From contig CAZVTT010000001.1 of NCBI GenBank assembly GCA_964629685.1, forward strand, positions 319,796 to 383,795: a DNA stretch of 64,000 nucleotides, read 5' to 3'. Position 1 is the stretch's first letter. Every line of letters begins with the position of its first letter. This DNA comes from an uncultured Gammaproteobacteria bacterium (GTDB taxonomy: Bacteria > Patescibacteriota > Microgenomatia > UBA10105 > UBA927). The notes below the pieces were generated by a model. It saw nothing but the letters and a program-made list of their open reading frames with translations. It had not been told where the DNA came from and ran no database searches. Positions 56,696 to 64,000 of the stretch are shown here, piece by piece. Position numbers and translations under genes: made by a program.

Positions 56696-57583
56696 ATGGA
56701 TTTTTCAACAGATATAAATAAATTAAAAGAGCATCTTGATAAGGCTAAAGACGTATTAATCGTGACGCATGAACGCCCCACGTTTGATAGTATCGGCAGT
56801 GCATTGTCTCTCTATACCGTATTAATGGAAATGGGTAAAAAAGTGACTATAGCATGTCCTGATCCGATTACAGTAGAGCTTTCAAGTTTTGTAGGTGCAA
56901 ACAAAGTAGTAACGGAAGTATCCAAGAAAAACTTCATAATTTCGCTCGATTATCTGGAAGGTTCAATTGAAAAAGTTAGCTATAATATCGAGGGGAATAA
57001 ATTTAACTTGGTTATTGAGCCCCGCGAAGGATTCGATTCATTCTCGCAGGACAAAGTACAGTATTCTCACGCAGGAACAAGCGCAGATGTAATTATTGCG
57101 GTAGATACCATACACCTGGGTGGTTTAAAAAAACTATACGAAGCAGATAAAGAGTTGTATGCGAGTAAGCCGGTCATAAATATTGACAGACATCCCAATA
57201 ACGTTCATTTTGGTCAAATAAATATTGTCGATCCGCAGGCATCTACAACCACGGAAATTGTCGGACAAATTATAAAAGGGCTAGGTGTTACCATGTCCGA
57301 GGATGTAGCGACGAATATGTATAATGCCGTATTCGCCGGAACAAATAATTTTACAAACGGAAATACAACAGCAGCTGCATTTGAACTGGCAGCACTTTGT
57401 GTACGGTCCGGCGGGAAACGGTTTAAAAAGGGAACTGTGAGTGAAGAGCTGCCTAAAGTAGAAGTAGCCACATCAGAACCAACCCAACCGGCTCAAGAGA
57501 TTCAACCAAAACCAACTAAACCGCAGGAAGCGCCGGCAGATTGGTTGAAACCAAAGATTTTTAAGAGTTCTAACCTGCTTTAA
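56696..57583 (+). CDS. Degenerate DHH-family (NrnA-like) protein
   Basis: THERPTFDSIGS, VDT, INIDRH..N..FG.INIV, ASTTTEIV; no DHHA1 GGGH. Confidence 0.8.
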   Translation: MDFSTDINKLKEHLDKAKDVLIVTHERPTFDSIGSALSLYTVLMEMGKKVTIACPDPITVELSSFVGANKVVTEVSKKNFIISLDYLEGSIEKVSYNIEGNKFNLVIEPREGFDSFSQDKVQYSHAGTSADVIIAVDTIHLGGLKKLYEADKELYASKPVINIDRHPNNVHFGQINIVDPQASTTTEIVGQIIKGLGVTMSEDVATNMYNAVFAGTNNFTNGNTTAAAFELAALCVRSGGKRFKKGTVSEELPKVEVATSEPTQPAQEIQPKPTKPQEAPADWLKPKIFKSSNLL

Positions 57584-57642
57584 GAGGTGCCGAAAGTACG
57601 GTAAAACAGGGAGTTTGGGGTATTTCCGGTCACTGTATGGGC

Positions 57643-57703
57643 TTGTCTTCCCCCGGCAAATCGTGTACAATTAAGCCCTCAGGACAGGTAATTGTCTAAG
57701 GAG
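57643..57703 (+). promoter_or_regulatory. rpsO promoter and leader hairpin
   Basis: TTGTCT-17-TACAAT (57643-57671); CTC.GGACAG-gtaa-TTGTCT..GAG stem next to and partly covering the AAGGAG SD. Confidence 0.5.
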
Positions 57704-57714
57704 TAAGAGAATTT

Positions 57715-58122
57715 ATGGCAAAAGCAACCAAAAAAACAGAAAAAACCGCTGCAGCACCTAAGACGGCAGCTCCTGCAGAAAAAGCAGAAAAGAAAGAAAA
57801 AGTTAAGAAAGCTAAAACCACTAAAAAAACAGTAGTTGCTGAAGTAGCGGCTGCAAAACCACCGAGCGAAGATAAGCAAGCTATTATTGCTCAATTTCAG
57901 GTGAAGCAAGGTGATACCGGAAGCCCTGAGGTGCAGGTAGCTTTGCTGAGTTCACGTATTGAGAAATTGATTTCCCATCTAAAGCTTAATCCGGCAGACA
58001 ATCATTCACGTCGTGGATTATTGGGAATAGTCAGTAAACGACGTCGTTTACTGAATTATTTAGAAAAAAAAGATGCCGCCCGGTATCAGGAAATAGCTGG
58101 AAAACTCGGTTTGGCAAAGTAA
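57715..58122 (+). CDS. rpsO: 30S ribosomal protein S15 with Lys/Ala-rich N-terminal extension
   Basis: [35 protein letters not shown]. Confidence 0.97.
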   Translation: MAKATKKTEKTAAAPKTAAPAEKAEKKEKVKKAKTTKKTVVAEVAAAKPPSEDKQAIIAQFQVKQGDTGSPEVQVALLSSRIEKLISHLKLNPADNHSRRGLLGIVSKRRRLLNYLEKKDAARYQEIAGKLGLAK

Positions 58123-58160
58123 CCGCTGCCAGTGTACAATATTAACTAACCGAAGGAGTT

Positions 58161-58238
58161 GGGGAACTGGGATTGTGAAGTTAGAGTGTAGAATAGAATC
58201 TTCTACTTTCTCACTTCATAATCACTCCTCGTTTCCCC
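58161..58238 (+). promoter_or_regulatory. Long imperfect hairpin in the pnp 5' UTR
   Basis: GGGGAAC/GTTTCCCC, GATTGTGAAGT/ACTTCATAATC and GTAGAA/TTCTAC pair in nested order. Confidence 0.75.
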
Positions 58239-58247
58239 GTAATTTAT

Positions 58248-60431
58248 ATGAACATTATTACCAAAACCAAAGAAGTAGGTGGTCGTACCCTTAGTCTTGA
58301 AATAGGCAGATTTGCAGAGCAGGCAGGAGCGGCCGTCCTTGCGCGTTATGGTGACACCATGGTACTTTCTACCGTGACTGCGTCATCGAAAGAATCTTCA
58401 TTAGATTATTTTCCGTTAAGCGTTGAATACGTCGAACGACTTTATGCAGGTGGACGAATTAAGGGTTCACGTTGGGTAAAACGCGAAGGTCGTCCTTCAG
58501 ACGATGCCATTCTGGCCGGAAGAGTAATTGACAGATCTATTCGTCCGCTATTCCCCAAGGGTTTTAAGCGAGATGTGCAGATTATTATTACCGTTCTTTC
58601 GGTTGATGGTGAAAACGATCCGGATGTTTTAGGATTGATCGCTACATCAGCAGCTATTTCTATTTCACCGGTTCCGTGGAAAGGCCCGATTAGTGGCGTC
58701 AGAATGGGATATGTGAAAGGACAGGAAGAAGGCAAAGCCGGCGGACTTGTCGTTAATCCTACATTAGCCCAACAGGAACAATCAGAATTCGATTTTGTGA
58801 TTGCTTCAAATAAAGATAAAGTCATCATGCTGGAAGGTGGTTTTTGTGAAACGCCGGAACCTATTGTTCTGGAAGCCATAGCAAAAGCAAAAGAAGAGAA
58901 TGCAGCTATTATTTCGTTGATAGAGGAATTTACGGCAGAAGTGGCTAAACCCAAACTTCCGGTACCGGAATCTACACCGCTTGACGAACTTAAAGCTAAA
59001 ATAAAGGCTGATTACAAAAAGGAAACTGAAGAATTATTTAAACGAAATGCACAAAAAGAAGGTGCGGCCGAAGGTATTACGGAATTAGTTAATATTATCG
59101 CCACAGCCTATGCCAATGCCTATACCAATAAAGACATTGCCGAAGCATTAGACAAGTTGTTTAAGGAAAAAGTCAGATATGACATTCTTGATCATAAGAA
59201 ACGAGTCGATGGTCGAAAACTTGACGAACTTCGGGAAATTAGCGTAGACGTTGGTATTCTTCCCAGAACCCACGGAAGTGCAATGTTTAAGCGTGGTCAA
59301 ACTCAAGCACTTACAGTGGCAACATTGGGAACGCCGTCACTGGAACAGCTCATTGAAAGTCCGGTCGGAGAAGAATCCAAGCGGTACATTCATCATTACA
59401 GCATGCCTCCTTATTCAGTCGGTGAAACCGGGAGAGTCGGTACGCCATCACGGCGGGAAATTGGACATGGTGCACTTGCAGAGAGAGCGTTGCTGGCTGT
59501 CATCCCTTCTGAAGAACATTTTCCGTATACTATTCGTTTAGTTAGCGAAATTATGTCCAGTAACGGATCTACATCAATGGCTTCAACTTGCGGATCTACT
59601 CTGGCTTTAATGGATGCCGGGGTTCCGATTAAGGAGCCTGTTGCAGGTATATCTATCGGTCTTATGACCCGTGGAGATGAATATACACTCCTTACGGATA
59701 TCATGGGGATTGAAGATTTCTCAGGCGATATGGATTTTAAAGTCGCAGGTACCAAAAACGGGATTACGGCAATTCAACTGGATATGAAAGTAGAGGGAAT
59801 ATCTGATGAAATCGTAACAGAGACTATGACGCGGGCGCACGATGCCAGACTGGTGATTCTGGAAAAAATGTTGGCATTAATTCCGGCACCACGTAAATCA
59901 TTATCGGTATATGCGCCGAAGGTCGAAGTAGTAAAAATCCCGCCGGAAAAGATTGGTGAGGTTATTGGTCCCGGAGGCAGAACTATTCGGGCAATTCAGG
60001 CTTCTACCGGTGCCACTCTGGATGTGGAAGATGACGGATCCGTCATGATTTCCGGTACGGATGAGGAATCAGTGAAAAAGGCTGTTACCTGGGTAGAAGG
60101 TATTACCCATGAAGTAACGGTGGGAGAAGAGTTTGAAGGTGAAGTAAAACGAATACTTCCTTTTGGAGCTTTTGTGGAAATTCTTCCAGGAAAAGAAGGA
60201 ATGGTTCATGTATCTCAGATGTCAACCGGATATGTAAATTCACCAAATGACGTAGTTTCTCTTGGAACTAAGGTGAAAGTACGGGTTATGGAAATTGATG
60301 ATCAGCATAGAATAAATCTTTCTATGTTATTCGGCGAAGATGCGACGAAGGCTCCTGCGCCACGTGAACGCAGAGATGACAGTAGAGGCGGGGGACCACG
60401 TCGTTTCGACCGGAATCGTAAACGATTCTAA
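58248..60431 (+). CDS. pnp: Polyribonucleotide nucleotidyltransferase
   Basis: YFPLSVEY.ERLYA.G, RTHGSA.F.RGQTQ, RREIGHGALA, SNGSTSMAS, GDMDFKVAG, KH and S1 domains. Confidence 0.98.
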   Translation: MNIITKTKEVGGRTLSLEIGRFAEQAGAAVLARYGDTMVLSTVTASSKESSLDYFPLSVEYVERLYAGGRIKGSRWVKREGRPSDDAILAGRVIDRSIRPLFPKGFKRDVQIIITVLSVDGENDPDVLGLIATSAAISISPVPWKGPISGVRMGYVKGQEEGKAGGLVVNPTLAQQEQSEFDFVIASNKDKVIMLEGGFCETPEPIVLEAIAKAKEENAAIISLIEEFTAEVAKPKLPVPESTPLDELKAKIKADYKKETEELFKRNAQKEGAAEGITELVNIIATAYANAYTNKDIAEALDKLFKEKVRYDILDHKKRVDGRKLDELREISVDVGILPRTHGSAMFKRGQTQALTVATLGTPSLEQLIESPVGEESKRYIHHYSMPPYSVGETGRVGTPSRREIGHGALAERALLAVIPSEEHFPYTIRLVSEIMSSNGSTSMASTCGSTLALMDAGVPIKEPVAGISIGLMTRGDEYTLLTDIMGIEDFSGDMDFKVAGTKNGITAIQLDMKVEGISDEIVTETMTRAHDARLVILEKMLALIPAPRKSLSVYAPKVEVVKIPPEKIGEVIGPGGRTIRAIQASTGATLDVEDDGSVMISGTDEESVKKAVTWVEGITHEVTVGEEFEGEVKRILPFGAFVEILPGKEGMVHVSQMSTGYVNSPNDVVSLGTKVKVRVMEIDDQHRINLSMLFGEDATKAPAPRERRDDSRGGGPRRFDRNRKRF

Positions 60432-60545
60432 ACATCTTCAGTAAAAGCCATAACCGGCACACTACGAATTAATTCCGCCTGGGAATTGGGATTGTGCTTG
60501 TTATCCGACTATCAGTTCTCGAACTTCTACGCTATCATAATAGCT

Positions 60546-61661
60546 ATGAGTAAGTTTTTGGATGAAATATTAAAGCTTCGGAAAACTATTGGAGAAACCC
60601 AATTACCTCCTGATTTAGAGTCTAGAGTGCTTGGCAATCTTGAAGAAGCTGTAAGACTGGAGAACGAAATTACCGCTCGGGTTCATATTGAACAAATGCT
60701 GCGCTATATCGATTGGGCTGTCAATCTTCCATGGAATGAGCGTACAACGGATATGCTCGATTTAGAGAAAGCCAAAGAAATATTGGGAAAAAATCATTAT
60801 GGTTTACAACCGGTAAAGGATAGGATTCTAGAATATCTTTCCGTATTAAAGCTTAATATAGATAGGTGGCATGCGGAATCGTCAGTAAATGTACAAGGTC
60901 ATTCGGCTGAAGTTGCCAGTGATGCGAAGCTGTCGCATGCGATGCTGGCACGGAGAGCTCCAATTCTTTGCTTAGTTGGTCTTGTAGGAACGGGAAAAAC
61001 CACTTTGGCAAAATCGATTGCTCAAGCTATGGGAAGGCGTTTTGTACGTATTCCCTTCGGTGGCATGAGTGACGCGTTGGATTTGCGCGGACAGTCAAGG
61101 GTCCGTCCGGATGCGGAAATTGGGTTAATTATGAAGGGTTTACGTTTTGCAGGGAGTAAGAATCCGGTTATTTTACTTGACGAAATTGATCGTGTAGCCG
61201 AGCATTCACGCGGTGATATTATGGGTGTCTTGGTAGAGTTATTGGATCCTGAGCAAAATGCAGCATTTACGGATCATTATCTAGATTATCCGTTTGATCT
61301 TTCTGAGGTATTATTTGTGGCTACGGCAAATAACACTGCCAATATTGCGACTGCCGTACTTGATCGTTTAGAACCAATTCAGATGCCTTCGTATACAGAT
61401 GAGGAAAAAACAACGATTGCGAAACAATATGTACTGCCTCAATTAATGAAAGAATCGGGGTTAACGCCAGAAAATTTATCTATTGCAGATGATATTTGGC
61501 CAAAATTAGTTCGTCCTCTGGGATATGACGCAGGTATTCGTAGTTTAGAGAGGACTATGAATAGTTTGTGCCGGAAAGTTGCCAGACAAATAGTAGAAGG
61601 AAAAGGAAAAAAATTTACCATTACTGCCGAAAATATAAAAGATTTCGTGCAGGTGTATTAA
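60546..61661 (+). CDS. Lon-type AAA+ module without N-domain or protease domain
   Basis: LPW, HYGL..VKDRILEYL, ILCLVGLVGTGKT, NPVILLDEID, LLDPEQN..F.DHYLD.PFDLS, LDRLE.I; stops at the end of the alpha domain. Confidence 0.88.
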   Translation: MSKFLDEILKLRKTIGETQLPPDLESRVLGNLEEAVRLENEITARVHIEQMLRYIDWAVNLPWNERTTDMLDLEKAKEILGKNHYGLQPVKDRILEYLSVLKLNIDRWHAESSVNVQGHSAEVASDAKLSHAMLARRAPILCLVGLVGTGKTTLAKSIAQAMGRRFVRIPFGGMSDALDLRGQSRVRPDAEIGLIMKGLRFAGSKNPVILLDEIDRVAEHSRGDIMGVLVELLDPEQNAAFTDHYLDYPFDLSEVLFVATANNTANIATAVLDRLEPIQMPSYTDEEKTTIAKQYVLPQLMKESGLTPENLSIADDIWPKLVRPLGYDAGIRSLERTMNSLCRKVARQIVEGKGKKFTITAENIKDFVQVY

Positions 61662-61713
61662 CGGGTATCCCGTGAAAATAGCCGCCAGGTTATTTATGAG
61701 ATAAGGAGAATGT

Positions 61714-63432
61714 ATGCAAGTTCCACACACAGTTTATGAAGGTTCCTCCCGTTCTACGGGAAGGGAATCAATGAGGATAATCGCGCTTGGAGGTTCGGGG
61801 AACGTCACGAAAAATATGTTTGTGTATGAGTACCGTATTGAAGGCGTGATAAAAGATATATTAATAGTCGATTGCGGAATAGGATTTCCTGACCCCGATA
61901 TGTTCGGAGTGGACTTGGTTATACCGGATGTCAGATATTTACAAAGCAAATTAGATAAAATTCGCGGTCTTGTGTTTACACACGGACATGATGATCATAT
62001 CGGTGCAATTCCGTATCTTTATCCTAAATTGGGTAAAGTTCCGATGTGGGGTACCAAACTTGCTGCGGCTTTCGCTAATCTTAAATTGCGAGAAGCGCAG
62101 ATTAAAACGCAAGTGAAGCCTGTCGATTTTGACGCTGAACTTCATATCGGGCCGTTTGTCGTTTCATTCGTGAGGGTTACCCATTCCATTCCGGATACAT
62201 CCCACGTAGTTATTCAAACACCTATGGGTATTTTTTACCACGGGAGTGATTTTAAGTTTGATTTTAGTCCGCTGGATGGAAAATTATCCGAATTAGATAA
62301 AATTACGGCACTCGGAAAAAAGGGCATCCTCTGTATGCTCACTGATTGCTTGGGTAGCGAACGCCCGGGGTTTACTCAGTCGGAACAAATAGTTGGAACG
62401 TCACTGGAAAAAGAATTAAGTATGTGTCCGGGGAAGCTTATTTTTACAACGCAATCCAGTAATATCTCCCGGGTGCAACTTGCGATAGAAATTGCATTGA
62501 AGCATGGGAGACAGATAGCATTTTTTGGCCGGAGCATGGATCAGAATATAGAAGAATCCGTCAAATTGGGGTATATGCGTTTTCCTCGGGAGGCAATAAT
62601 CAGGGATCAGGATTTACGTCGATTACCCGCAAGTAAACAGTTTCTTATCGTTGCCGGAGCTCAGGGGCAGCCTGATTCAGCATTATCCCGTATCGCAAAT
62701 GATGATCATCGGTTTGTACATATAGATGAAGGGGACACTGTTGTCTTTTCAGCAGATCCGATTCCGGGAAACGAAGGGAATGTTTCCGCAGTAATCGAAC
62801 AAGTTTACCGTCGGGGTGCAAGAGTCGCGTATTCGGATATAATGGAAGATCTTCATGTGTCCGGACATGGTAGCCAGGGAGATTTGATGTTGCTGCTTTC
62901 CGCCTTAGGTCCGAAATATATATATCCCATTGGGGGAACATATAGGCATATTATGCAATATAGGCGTTTATCCGAGGAATTGGGTTATCGCAAAAGCGAG
63001 GTATTAATTCCTGAAGATGGTGATGTTATTGAGTTTAAACCGGATACGGCGCCGGTCATTACCGAAACGATAGAGTTGGAGAATGTAATGGTGGACGGGT
63101 TGGGAGTTGGGGATGTAAGTCACGTAGTATTGCGCGATAGGCAGACGATCGCTACTGACGGCATTTTGGTAATAGTGATCCCAATGGAGAAACAGACGGG
63201 GAGAATTACGGCAGAGCCCGATATTATTTCCCGGGGATTTATTTATCTTAAAGAATCCGCGGAGCTGTTAGAGAAAATTAAACATACTGTTAATACATCG
63301 TTGCGACTGAAAAAAGGAAGAATAGTGGATTGGCAATTTGTGCGAAAACAGATAAGCGAAAACGTGGAGCGGATGATTTCTCAGGAACTGGGGCGGTATC
63401 CATTAATAGTTCCGGTGATAGTTGAAGTTTAA
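61714..63432 (+). CDS. rnj: Ribonuclease J
   Basis: ALGG...V.KN, THGHDDHIG, HSIPD, DFKFD, IPGNE, HVSGHG, VDGLGVGD...VVLRDR. Confidence 0.96.
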   Translation: MQVPHTVYEGSSRSTGRESMRIIALGGSGNVTKNMFVYEYRIEGVIKDILIVDCGIGFPDPDMFGVDLVIPDVRYLQSKLDKIRGLVFTHGHDDHIGAIPYLYPKLGKVPMWGTKLAAAFANLKLREAQIKTQVKPVDFDAELHIGPFVVSFVRVTHSIPDTSHVVIQTPMGIFYHGSDFKFDFSPLDGKLSELDKITALGKKGILCMLTDCLGSERPGFTQSEQIVGTSLEKELSMCPGKLIFTTQSSNISRVQLAIEIALKHGRQIAFFGRSMDQNIEESVKLGYMRFPREAIIRDQDLRRLPASKQFLIVAGAQGQPDSALSRIANDDHRFVHIDEGDTVVFSADPIPGNEGNVSAVIEQVYRRGARVAYSDIMEDLHVSGHGSQGDLMLLLSALGPKYIYPIGGTYRHIMQYRRLSEELGYRKSEVLIPEDGDVIEFKPDTAPVITETIELENVMVDGLGVGDVSHVVLRDRQTIATDGILVIVIPMEKQTGRITAEPDIISRGFIYLKESAELLEKIKHTVNTSLRLKKGRIVDWQFVRKQISENVERMISQELGRYPLIVPVIVEV

Positions 63433-64000
63433 GCTTTCCGTTCAGCGCGTACTCTATCAACTTTTGTCAGGTGTTTTTTCCGTAAGCGCAGCGTCTGCGG
63501 AGTTACTTCCAATAGTTCGTCTTCTTCAATAAAATCGAGACATTGTTCCAAACTGAAGACAGTAGGTGGTTCAAGTACGATGCCCACTTCACCATTTGAA
63601 CGCACGTTTGTAAGTTTTTTCGATCGACAAACGTTAATATCAATATCTTCCATGCGGGTATTTATACCGACGATCATACCTTCGTATGTCGGGGTACCAG
63701 GTCCTACGAATGTTTTTCCGCGAGCTTGTGCAGTTTCCAAGGCATATGCTGTGGCCTTTCCCGATTCCGTAGAGATGAGAACCCCGTTTCTGAGCTTCGG
63801 TAACGGTGCCGACACGGCGAAATATCCGATGAATCTGGTAGCAAAAATACCATTTCCTCGGGTTTTTGTAAGAATATCACTTCTGAATCCTAATAGATTT
63901 CTACTGCTGATTTTATATACAGCTCGCGTAATGCCTTGTTCGCTGGTGTGTGTATCCAACAATTCTCCCCGTCGCTTCCCTAATTCTTCGGTAATTACCC
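63429..64000 (-). CDS. typA: Translational GTPase TypA/BipA, C-terminal part (runs off the window)
   Basis: LG.RRGEL, R.LLGFRS...T.TRGNG, YEGMIVG, K.LTNVR, SLEQ...FI..DELLEVTP..LRLRKK. Confidence 0.95.
   Translation of the reverse strand, partial: VITEELGKRRGELLDTHTSEQGITRAVYKISSRNLLGFRSDILTKTRGNGIFATRFIGYFAVSAPLPKLRNGVLISTESGKATAYALETAQARGKTFVGPGTPTYEGMIVGINTRMEDIDINVCRSKKLTNVRSNGEVGIVLEPPTVFSLEQCLDFIEEDELLEVTPQTLRLRKKHLTKVDRVRAERKA

Noticed and set aside
1-64000. Alternative genetic code 25 (TGA=Gly) as in Gracilibacteria/Absconditabacteria
   Set aside because: Conserved genes are full length under code 11 and TGA ends genes cleanly, e.g. the ATGA overlap at 27678-27681 and the tatD stop

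Overview
Gene-dense, AT-rich bacterial chromosomal window using the standard code 11 (TGA is used as a stop). Shortened IF2, HrcA, DnaJ and PcrA, very short intergenic spacers and Thr/Pro-linker surface proteins suggest a Patescibacteria (CPR) genome, probably Microgenomates; this is inference. Housekeeping blocks: msrA, mgtA, trmH, uppP, tatD-metG, rmuC, two UvrD helicases, two FemABX genes, tpiA, rpsT, murJ, CIRCE-hrcA-grpE-dnaK-dnaJ, nusA-infB-DHH-rpsO-pnp-lon(AAA only)-rnj and typA. Accessory blocks: a GH130 pair with an orphan solute-binding protein, a glycosylation cluster, and a metal-uptake cluster next to a Fur-family gene. The best candidate for an undescribed system is 38.8-49.7 kb: pilN/pilO-like genes lead an operon of disulfide-rich, TP-linked surface proteins that share an N-terminal TM-P-x10-[DE]-x3-RAA signal and tail-less LPxTG-like C-terminal anchors, including a 1224-bp apparently identical duplication. 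Other leads are a VKOR-dihydroorotate dehydrogenase fusion, three secreted proteins with mature N-terminal His plus a candidate leader ORF gating ycnI, a multi-stem RNA leader before an RRM gene, and widespread leaderless promoters. No rRNA, tRNA, CRISPR array or transposase was seen.
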